Below are positions 25,797 through 32,000 of a stretch of DNA of 32,000 bases, in pieces (the first letter of the stretch is position 1; every line of letters begins with the position of its first letter). The translations under genes and the position numbers were made by a program. The stretch is from Microcystis aeruginosa NIES-843 (GTDB taxonomy: Bacteria; Cyanobacteriota; Cyanobacteriia; Cyanobacteriales; Microcystaceae). The stretch is from contig NC_010296.1 in NCBI RefSeq assembly GCF_000010625.1, positions 4,830,001-4,862,000 of the forward strand. Reading direction: 5' to 3'. The notes under the pieces are model-generated. The model saw only the letters and a list, made by a program, of their open reading frames with translations, was not told the origin of the DNA and searched no databases.

Positions 25797-26573
25797 CTAA
25801 AATGCTTCCTTGACCATAGTTTCCTTGATCATTTCTAAACCCTTTTTCACCCGACGGGAGACGGTAACGACACTAATGCCTAATTGTTCGGCGGTTTCCC
25901 GTTGAGTAAGATCCTTAAGGAAGACAAATTCGATAATATGACGGGTTTTTTCTTCTAATTGAGCCAGTGCCTGTTGTAAACGAATGCGATCCTCTTGACA
26001 AAGTTGAAAGCTGCGATAACGGGGATCGGGAACGAGGTCTTTTAAACAAGTATTATTATCTTCATCGTTATTAACCGTCACATCGAGACTGAGGGGTTCA
26101 CGGTTTTGGAAAGCCAGTTTTACCTCTTGCCATTCTTCGCTCGAAATATTTAAAGCGCGGGAGATTTCCGTATCATTGGGTTGACGATTGTGGATAGTCT
26201 GGAAATCCCGACGCACATTTGTCGCTTGTCTGCCTAAATCTAACCAACGACGAGGAATACGAACTGTATAACTTTTATCGCGCAGATGGTGTTGAATTTC
26301 GCCGCGAATATAGGGAATAGCGAAGGAGCTAAAAGCATGACCTTTGCTGCTATCAAAACGCTCGATCGCCCGAATTAGTCCCATAGAGCCAACCTGCACT
26401 AAATCTTCGTAATTTTCATGACATTGATTAACCCAATGATGAGCTTCCCTTCTGACTAATCCTAGGTTTAACTCCATAATTTGATCCCGTAACTTATTAT
26501 CTGCTGTTTTTTGGTATTTTTGAAATAGGGTGAGAGTTTCCAGTTTAAGACTTTCTTTATTTAGGACAGACAT
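25797..26573 (-). CDS. sigF: Group-3 sigma factor, SigF type
   Basis: 258 aa. It has LVQVGSMGLIRAIERFDSSKGHAFSSFAIPYIRGEIQHHLRD and the region 4 HTH TQRETAEQLGISVVTVSRRVKKGL. Length and pattern match cyanobacterial SigF as I remember it. Confidence 0.8.
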   Translation of the reverse strand: MSVLNKESLKLETLTLFQKYQKTADNKLRDQIMELNLGLVRREAHHWVNQCHENYEDLVQVGSMGLIRAIERFDSSKGHAFSSFAIPYIRGEIQHHLRDKSYTVRIPRRWLDLGRQATNVRRDFQTIHNRQPNDTEISRALNISSEEWQEVKLAFQNREPLSLDVTVNNDEDNNTCLKDLVPDPRYRSFQLCQEDRIRLQQALAQLEEKTRHIIEFVFLKDLTQRETAEQLGISVVTVSRRVKKGLEMIKETMVKEAF

Positions 26574-26823
26574 AGGGCGCTAACAGACTTAAAAAATATT
26601 GACTATAAAAAATCACTATTGTGCAATTAGCTTTGACCAATCCCAACATAGTCTAGATGAGAAGCGGCAAGCAATGGCAACAATGTAATTTACCCAGATT
26701 ATGATGATACAGCTTTTATATATGGACTTGTGTGATTTGACGCGGTCGACCAAGTATTTAAAGACACAGATAAGCTGAAACCCAGGTAATTAGGGTTGGC
26801 TGAACAGGTTGTTTCTAGAGACA

Positions 26824-26917
26824 GGGTGTGGGGTGTGGGGTGTGGGGTGTGAATTTTCCCCCGGAAAAAGTCTTAATCCAACAAGGTTTTCAGATTTATT
26901 CAGCCAGCCCTATCTAG
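26824..26917 (-). repeat. Composite repeat, right (inverted, shorter) copy: (GGGTGTG)x4, 24-nt spacer, 42-mer
   Basis: The heptamers are at 26824-26851 and the 42-mer at 26876-26917, which is the reverse complement of the family at 22178-22219 (36/42). Confidence 0.7.
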
Positions 26918-26921
26918 AAAA

Positions 26922-28010
26922 CTAGAACTCAAACAAAGGTAAACTCCGATCCTTATTTTTCGGCAATTTCGCCAGTAAACCTAAATGTTCGTAGGCGGCT
27001 GACGTTACTACGCGACCCCGGGGAGTACGATTAAGATAACCTATTTGTAATAAATAAGGCTCATACACCTCCTCGATCGTCTTGGCATCTTCTCCCGTGG
27101 CTGCCGCTACCGCTTCCAATCCCACGGGTTTACCTTGAAACTGTTGGATCATCGTCTTTAATACTAATCGATCGGTCCAATCTAAACCCATAGAATCCAC
27201 ATTTAATTGATTTAATCCCTCAGCGGCTAACTGGGGGCTAATAATAGTTTCTCCCTTCACCTGCACATAGTCGCGTACTCGTTTTAATAAACGATTGGCA
27301 ATGCGTGGAGTTCCCCGACTGCGACGGGCAATTTCGATCGCACCCGCTTCAGTAATGGGAATATTAAAAATAGTAGCACTTCTGAGAATAATTGCCGTCA
27401 ATTCCTCAACTGCATAGAAACGCAGACGTTGAATCAGTCCAAAACGATCGCGTAAAGGGGAAGTTAAAGAGCCAACTTTGGTAGTAGCACCGATTAAAGT
27501 AAAGGGAGGTAAAGAAATACTGCGAATTTTCGCCGCTTGACCCTTGCCAATCGTCACATCCAGGCGATAATCCTCCATCGCTGGGTATAATAACTCCTCC
27601 GTCACCCGATTCAGTCGATGAATTTCGTCGATAAAAAGAATATCCCGGGGTTGAAGATTGATCAGGATGCCGGTAATATCCCGGGGACGCTCTAAAGCGG
27701 GGGCGGCGGTAATGCGGCAATTTACTCCCATCTCGGCCGCTAAAATTAAAGCCATGGTGGTTTTTCCTAACCCCGGCGGTCCGTAGAAGAGTAAATGATC
27801 GATCGCTTCTTGTCTAGCTTTGGCCGCGGCGATGGTGACTTTTAGATTAGCCTTTAAGTCCTGTTGACCGATATAATCCTCTAGGGATTGCGGACGAATC
27901 TCCGCTGCTGCTTTTTCCGTTTCTTCTATAGTGGGATTGGGAGTGAGCAGATTTTCCTCGGTAGCCGGGGGGGAATTGTGCGATCGTTTGATGGCCATTG
28001 TTACAATCAA
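26922..28010 (-). CDS. ruvB: Holliday junction branch migration helicase RuvB
   Basis: 362 aa. It has Walker [10 protein letters not shown], Walker B/sensor FIDEIHRL, and [17 protein letters not shown] near the C-terminus. An alternative start, MAIKR at 27998, is possible. Confidence 0.95.
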   Translation of the reverse strand: MIVTMAIKRSHNSPPATEENLLTPNPTIEETEKAAAEIRPQSLEDYIGQQDLKANLKVTIAAAKARQEAIDHLLFYGPPGLGKTTMALILAAEMGVNCRITAAPALERPRDITGILINLQPRDILFIDEIHRLNRVTEELLYPAMEDYRLDVTIGKGQAAKIRSISLPPFTLIGATTKVGSLTSPLRDRFGLIQRLRFYAVEELTAIILRSATIFNIPITEAGAIEIARRSRGTPRIANRLLKRVRDYVQVKGETIISPQLAAEGLNQLNVDSMGLDWTDRLVLKTMIQQFQGKPVGLEAVAAATGEDAKTIEEVYEPYLLQIGYLNRTPRGRVVTSAAYEHLGLLAKLPKNKDRSLPLFEF

Positions 28011-28021
28011 GAGTCTAGGAT

Positions 28022-28786
28022 ATGTTAGCGAAGCGGATTTTGCCTTGTTTGGATGTCAATAAAGGTCGGGTAGTCAAGGGGGTTAATTTTGTCAATCTTC
28101 AGGATGCTGGCGACCCCGTGGAGTTAGCCCGCTTGTATAATCAGGCAGGGGCTGATGAGTTGGTTTTTCTCGATATTACTGCTACCCATGAAGATCGCGA
28201 CACGATTATTGATGTAGTCTATCGTACGGCGGAACAGGTTTTTATTCCTCTGACAGTGGGTGGCGGTATCCAATCCTTAGAAAATATTAAAAATTTGTTA
28301 AGAGCCGGGGCCGATAAAGTCAGCATTAACTCGGCTGCCGTGCGCGAGCCGGAATTGCTCGATCGAGCCAGCGATCGCTTTGGTAAACAGTGCATTGTGG
28401 TGGCGATCGATGCTAGACGACGTAAGGATGAGCATAACCCCGGTTGGGAGGTTTATGTTCGGGGTGGACGCAAAAATACGGGTATTGATGCTTTATTATG
28501 GGCGCAAGAAGTGGAAAAACGCGGGGCGGGTGAGTTGTTAGTTACCAGTATGGATGCTGACGGCACGCAAGCGGGTTACGATCTGGCCTTGACAAAAGCG
28601 ATCGCTGAAAGGGTGGAGATTCCTGTGATTGCTTCGGGAGGAGCGGGTAATTGTCAGCATATCTACGAAGCATTGACGGAAGGGCGGGCGGAAGCGGCTT
28701 TATTGGCTTCTTTGCTCCATTATGGTCAATTAACCATCGCTGAGGTCAAAAATTATCTGCAAAATCAACAAGTACCCGTGCGTTAG
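28022..28786 (+). CDS. hisF: Imidazole glycerol phosphate synthase cyclase subunit
   Basis: 254 aa. It reads [20 protein letters not shown]...[10 protein letters not shown]...GGGI...SGGAG, a canonical HisF. Confidence 0.95.
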   Translation: MLAKRILPCLDVNKGRVVKGVNFVNLQDAGDPVELARLYNQAGADELVFLDITATHEDRDTIIDVVYRTAEQVFIPLTVGGGIQSLENIKNLLRAGADKVSINSAAVREPELLDRASDRFGKQCIVVAIDARRRKDEHNPGWEVYVRGGRKNTGIDALLWAQEVEKRGAGELLVTSMDADGTQAGYDLALTKAIAERVEIPVIASGGAGNCQHIYEALTEGRAEAALLASLLHYGQLTIAEVKNYLQNQQVPVR

Positions 28787-28892
28787 CCAGGGAAAATGAG
28801 AGCAAGATTTGCAGAACTTAATCTAGTGATTGAGTCGGTTTTCCTGGAAAAGGATTTCTTCAGGCTGCAACCCAAGAAGAGCAAGGTTTAGA

Positions 28893-28960
28893 CCTAAGCT
28901 AAGACACATTTTAACCCCTTACTGTTGCCTCTTGCCTAATCTCAACAAGCAATTTAAATT
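28893..28960. repeat. MITE-like dispersed repeat, short variant
   Basis: cctaagctaagacacattttaaccccttactgttgcctcttgcctaatctcaacaagcaatttaaatt. It aligns to 12497-12614 with two internal deletions. Confidence 0.6.
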
Positions 28961-29100
28961 CCCGGGCAGTTTATTACCTAAAATGTCGGATGAATGCCCC
29001 GATCGAGAAACCGGCAAAAATCCCTGTTTTTAACTTCAGTCCGATTATCCCTGGGGAAAATTATGTATTAGAATAGATGAAAGTTAACAAAATTTAAAAT

Positions 29101-29301
29101 ATGTTAGTTCCGATTCTCATCTTTGACCTCGGTCTTGTGGCTTGGTCATTGCATCTGATGCAGCAAGCGTTCGACAAGCAAGAGTTTTCCTTGATGCTGG
29201 CGGGAACCTTGGTGGCAGCAGCGGCAGCAGCTATGTTAGTAGTTTATTTCCTCATGGGTCACTGTTTAACCTATTTAACCCAAATTCCGGCTCCTGTCTA
29301 A
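29101..29301 (+). CDS. Small membrane protein, 66 aa (two predicted TM helices)
   Basis: ATG start; MLVPILIFDLGLVAWSLHLMQQAF...LAGTLVAAAAAAMLVVYFLMG. I recognise no family. The overlapping ORF 29142-29378 in another frame is less protein-like. Confidence 0.4.
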   Translation: MLVPILIFDLGLVAWSLHLMQQAFDKQEFSLMLAGTLVAAAAAAMLVVYFLMGHCLTYLTQIPAPV

Positions 29302-29374
29302 ATGGGGGCGATTGTTTCACCATTGTCTTATCAGCGATCGCCTTGGCAGTGACAAATTTTTTTCTCGTCACCCC

Positions 29375-29404
29375 TTGACAAAATAATTCTATTTAAGCTA
29401 TATT
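29375..29404 (+). promoter_or_regulatory. Candidate promoter of tRNA-Ala
   Basis: TTGACA (29375-29380), an 18-nt spacer, then TATATT (29399-29404). The tRNA 5' end is 17 nt downstream. Confidence 0.45.
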
Positions 29405-29420
29405 CAAAAATGGTCTTCGC

Positions 29421-29493
29421 GGGGTTATAGCTCAGTTGGTAGAGCACCTCAATGGCATTGAGGGGGTCAGCGGTTCGAATCCGCTTAGCTCCA
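29421..29493 (+). tRNA. tRNA-Ala (anticodon GGC)
   Basis: Hand-folded cloverleaf. The acceptor is GGGGTTA/TAGCTCC with the Ala identity pair G3:U70. The D arm is GCTC-AGTTGGTA-GAGC. The anticodon stem is CCTCA/TGAGG with loop AT-GGC-AT. The T arm is AGCGG-TTCGAAT-CCGCT. The discriminator is A, and no CCA is encoded. Confidence 0.9.
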
Positions 29494-29733
29494 TACAGTT
29501 AGGATAAGAGTTTCAGGGTTGCTTGGACCAGAAAAGTAACGAGGAGATGCTAGATTGAAAGAGGATTTCTGGTTAGAAAAGTCTCTTTTTACCTCGATAC
29601 TCTCTCAGGACAAAATTAATGAACCTCTTGCATAATTAATTTTTGAGGGTTCAAAAAAGGCAAAAACAAGGATTAAATTACATAAAATCTGTAAATAGAC
29701 CGTTTAATTGATTATTATTCATTCTTAATTCTC

Positions 29734-29791
29734 CTGACTACTGACTCCTGACTCCCGACTCCTAACCCTAACAACAATTTTTGATTTTTAC
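29734..29791. repeat. Dispersed repeat (35-nt core plus heptamer tail), copy 2, inverted
   Basis: Its reverse complement is gtaaaaatcaaaaattgttgttagggttaggagtc+gggagtcaggagtc+agtagtcag (compare 18978-19021). It covers the TTG 29781 start offered by the ORF track. Confidence 0.85.
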
Positions 29792-29801
29792 AAGAGGTCT
29801 A

Positions 29802-30899
29802 ATGATAGAGCTTTTTAAGCAACTACCTCGTTGGTTGCGGCTAAGTCTAGTTTTTCCGCTCTTATTTCTCAATGGTTGGTTATTATTCCAATTATTTAGC
29901 TATCTAGAACCCTTAGTCAGTATTTTTGTCACTGCTAGTTTACTAGCTTTTGTCTTAGATGTTCCCATCAAACTGCTGCAAAGACGCGGGGTTAATCGCA
30001 GTGGTTCGATCGCTATTGTCTTTTTAATTGCCCTATTAATTTTGATTGTTTTAGGTTTAATTTTAATTCCCCAGATTGTCGAACAATTAAGCAGTTTAAT
30101 CAATAGTTTGCCCCAGTGGATCGAGTCGGGAACCGAACAGATACAAAATTTAGAAAAGTGGGATAAAACTCAGAAATATGCGATTTATATCGAGCAATCA
30201 ATCACCCAGTTATCGGAACGACTAACCAATGTTTTACAAACTCTTAGCACTCAATTACTGAGCTTTGTGCTGGGAACTATCAACAGTATCCTAAACATTC
30301 TATTTGTTCTGGTTCTAACCGTCTTTCTTGTTCTCTATGGCGAACAAATTTGGGAGGGAATTTTTAGCTGGATTCCTGCTCCCTGGAATCTCAAATTAAG
30401 AACGATTATTCGTCAAACTTTTGAAACCTATTTTGCCGGTCAAACCATTTTAGCGGGAATTCTCAGCCTTGCTCAAATTTTTGTTTTTGTGATTCTCAAG
30501 GTTGATTATGCCCTATTATTCGGGGTGGCGATCGGTCTAACTACATTAATTCCTTTTGCCAGTGCCTTTGCCATTATTGGGATTAGTACTCTACTGATGT
30601 TTCAAGATTTTTGGTTAGGGTTAAAAGTTTTGACCCTGACCATTATTGTCGGTCAAATTAATGATAATGTCATCGCCCCTCGGTTAATGGGAGGCATGAT
30701 CGGACTTAATCCCGTCTGGATTATCCTATCTCTTTTTATCGGGGGTAAAGTGGCAGGAATTCTCGGTTTATTGATAGCAGTTCCCATCGCTAGTGTGCTG
30801 AAAAGTACCATCGATATCATCCGCTCCCAGCAGCGGGAAAAAGAACCAGTAGTTTTCCTAGAAGAAACGGTGAAAAATTCCTCAGAGGAGGGCAAATAA
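29802..30899 (+). CDS. AI-2E family transporter (PerM/YdiK-like)
   Basis: About 365 aa from ATG 29802. It is multi-pass, with the characteristic C-terminal block ...NDNVIAPRLMGGMIGLNPVWIILSLFIGGKVAGILGLLIAVPIASV. Confidence 0.85.
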   Translation: MIELFKQLPRWLRLSLVFPLLFLNGWLLFQLFSYLEPLVSIFVTASLLAFVLDVPIKLLQRRGVNRSGSIAIVFLIALLILIVLGLILIPQIVEQLSSLINSLPQWIESGTEQIQNLEKWDKTQKYAIYIEQSITQLSERLTNVLQTLSTQLLSFVLGTINSILNILFVLVLTVFLVLYGEQIWEGIFSWIPAPWNLKLRTIIRQTFETYFAGQTILAGILSLAQIFVFVILKVDYALLFGVAIGLTTLIPFASAFAIIGISTLLMFQDFWLGLKVLTLTIIVGQINDNVIAPRLMGGMIGLNPVWIILSLFIGGKVAGILGLLIAVPIASVLKSTIDIIRSQQREKEPVVFLEETVKNSSEEGK

Positions 30900-30916
30900 T
30901 AATAAATCCTGTTTTT

Positions 30917-30958
30917 TCAGTGAACAGTGAACAGTAATCAGTAATCAGTAATCAGTGA
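30917..30958. repeat. Heptamer tract (CAGTGAA)x2 (CAGTAAT)x3 CAGTGAA
   Basis: Read directly, 18 nt after the AI-2E stop. Confidence 0.9.
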
Positions 30959-31127
30959 ATTGAAAACTCACATCTGGGTTCTCTTAGGTTTGGTGGGTAA
31001 AATGTATTCTAAGATACAGTCTTGCTGGCGAGGGAGTGGAAGGAACCACTCCAGACACAGAGGACACAAAGATTGATCGCTTCTATAGTAAGTTAAACTG
31101 ATCACACAAAGAATAAGAGAGCCACAT

Positions 31128-31158
31128 CTGATAACTGATAACTGATAACTGATAACTG
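31128..31158. repeat. Heptamer tract (CTGATAA)x4, reverse complement of the CAGTTAT family
   Basis: It abuts the stop codon (31159-31161) of the RNase HI-ACT gene. Confidence 0.9.
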
Positions 31159-31998
31159 TTATGAGCGGCTAATTTCTTCGAGAATAGCCATCGCTTCTGT
31201 CACCCTATCCCTAGGGATAAATAAATGATCGTGATAATAACCAGAAATGACATTGACGCTAATTGCTGCTTCGGCCAGTTTCTCGCTAATTACCGCTAAA
31301 AATCCCACCGCCGCTAAACTAGAATGCACAGAAAGAGTAATTTGTCTATAAATATATTTGTACTGTAAATTCTTGCGATCGGCTTGCTGACGGGGAATAA
31401 TCACCGTTATGCCTTCCTCTTCCTGAAATTGGCAGATAGGAGTTAATTGTAGCTGTTCTAGTCCTGTTGCTGTTAGGGAAGAAAAAACGAATTCTTCGGG
31501 ATTTAGGACTGGTTTCAGGGATTGGAGCAGAATATCGAGATTAGTTTCGCCTTCCTTTGGTTTTTCTGGCGATTTTTTCGCCGCATCCATACAATGATTG
31601 GCAGCAGCGTCAGCCAAACTATTTTTAGATCGTTCAATCCAGCGCCAGCTAATGCGATCGAATCGGGCAACTAATTGACAAGCACGCTGATAAAAGGGAC
31701 GTAAACTATCGCTTTTTACCTTCCAGTCTCCCTTAACTTGATTGATGACTAATTGACTGTCTCCGCGAATTTCTAGGCTTTTTAAGCCTAATTCTTGGGC
31801 TTTTTCCAATCCAATAATCAATCCCGTGTATTCGGCCTCGTTATTAGTGGCTCTCTCCATATATCTAGTCGTGGTCAAGGAATTACCCTCGGCTAAAACT
31901 ATTACCGCTGCACCGGCTGCTCTCCCCGGATTGCCGCGAGAACCACCATCAAAATAGAGAATTGCTGAATTATCGGTTTTTTGAGCTTTTTTATGCAT
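31159..31998 (-). CDS. RNase HI-like domain fused to a C-terminal ACT-like (DUF2241/ACT_7-type) domain
   Basis: 279 aa. The N-terminal half is ILYFDGGSRGNPGRAAGAAV...TNNEAEYTGLIIGLEKA...IRGDSQLVINQVKGDW...NSLADAAAN, an RNase H fold with the DEDD residues. The C-terminal half is ...PEEFVFSSL...ICQFQEEEGITVIIP...ITLSVHSSLAAVGFLAVISEKLAEAAISVNVISGYYHDHLFIP, which matches stand-alone bacterial ACT-domain proteins as I remember them. Confidence 0.8.
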   Translation of the reverse strand: MHKKAQKTDNSAILYFDGGSRGNPGRAAGAAVIVLAEGNSLTTTRYMERATNNEAEYTGLIIGLEKAQELGLKSLEIRGDSQLVINQVKGDWKVKSDSLRPFYQRACQLVARFDRISWRWIERSKNSLADAAANHCMDAAKKSPEKPKEGETNLDILLQSLKPVLNPEEFVFSSLTATGLEQLQLTPICQFQEEEGITVIIPRQQADRKNLQYKYIYRQITLSVHSSLAAVGFLAVISEKLAEAAISVNVISGYYHDHLFIPRDRVTEAMAILEEISRS

Positions 31999-32000
31999 AA

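Noticed and set aside
5468-26952. The two long ruvB-3' copies (5401-5469 and 26921-26989) are direct repeats. They could be read as attL/attR of a 21.5-kb integrative island targeting the ruvB 3' end.
   Set aside because: The interior is dominated by core housekeeping genes (NTRC, tlyA, fmt, pgeF, priA, sigma factors). These carry native HIP1-rich composition, and no integrase, excisionase or conjugation gene is present. The third copy at 7859-7886 ties the duplication to the 2.4-kb R-M cassette instead.
27406-27720. Alternative-frame or antisense ORFs nested inside well-supported genes. These are 27406-27720, 20220-20522, 4393-4776, 3315-3524, 5665-5904, 7576-7761, 9243-9467, 11417-11602, 11459-11830, 11749-11931, 15977-16183, 16679-16879, 23283-23528, 29900-30103, 30653-30895 and 474-668.
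   Set aside because: Each lies wholly within a longer ORF that has clear family motifs. Their products are low-complexity or Arg/Ser/Pro-rich, typical of off-frame translation.

Overview
This is a 32-kb chromosomal segment of a cyanobacterium. The evidence is ndhN, an NTRC-type thioredoxin reductase, group-2 and SigF-type sigma factors, frequent GCGATCGC/CGATCG (HIP1-type) palindromes, and many 7-8-nt tandem repeat tracts at gene boundaries. The repeat flavour looks Microcystis-like, but that is inference only. Most of the window is housekeeping: phoU (partial), a peptide ABC permease, ndhN, gltX, pfkA, NTRC, a metal ABC permease, tlyA, a stand-alone cNMP-binding protein, fmt, pgeF, priA, two sigma factors, a class-V aminotransferase, ruvB, hisF, tRNA-Ala(GGC), an AI-2E transporter and an RNase HI-ACT fusion. 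Between pfkA and NTRC (about 5.39-12.3 kb) lies a compositionally mosaic accessory/defence-type island. It holds an AT-rich type II R-M pair (SPPY methyltransferase plus an AvaI/BsoBI-like endonuclease), a GC-richer STAS-like gene, and a start-less ORF fragment. It also holds an AxSxG alpha/beta-hydrolase with an unassigned C-terminal domain, a HAD hydrolase, and a Panacea(DUF4065) antitoxin / RelE-ParE-like toxin pair. The most unusual directly visible signal is that the R-M cassette is bracketed by two in-register direct copies of a diverged ruvB 3' end, while the real ruvB lies 19 kb away. Other unexplained structure includes a conserved ~52-nt promoter-like module present twice (each about 45 nt after a stop codon), several dispersed repeat families that create false ORF extensions, and inverted composite repeats bracketing the 4.4-kb sigma / aminotransferase / sigF block. 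I saw no CRISPR array, rRNA, transposase or integrase. I cannot show that any gene set here is a new system. The best candidates for follow-up are the uncharacterised island genes, flagged as inference.
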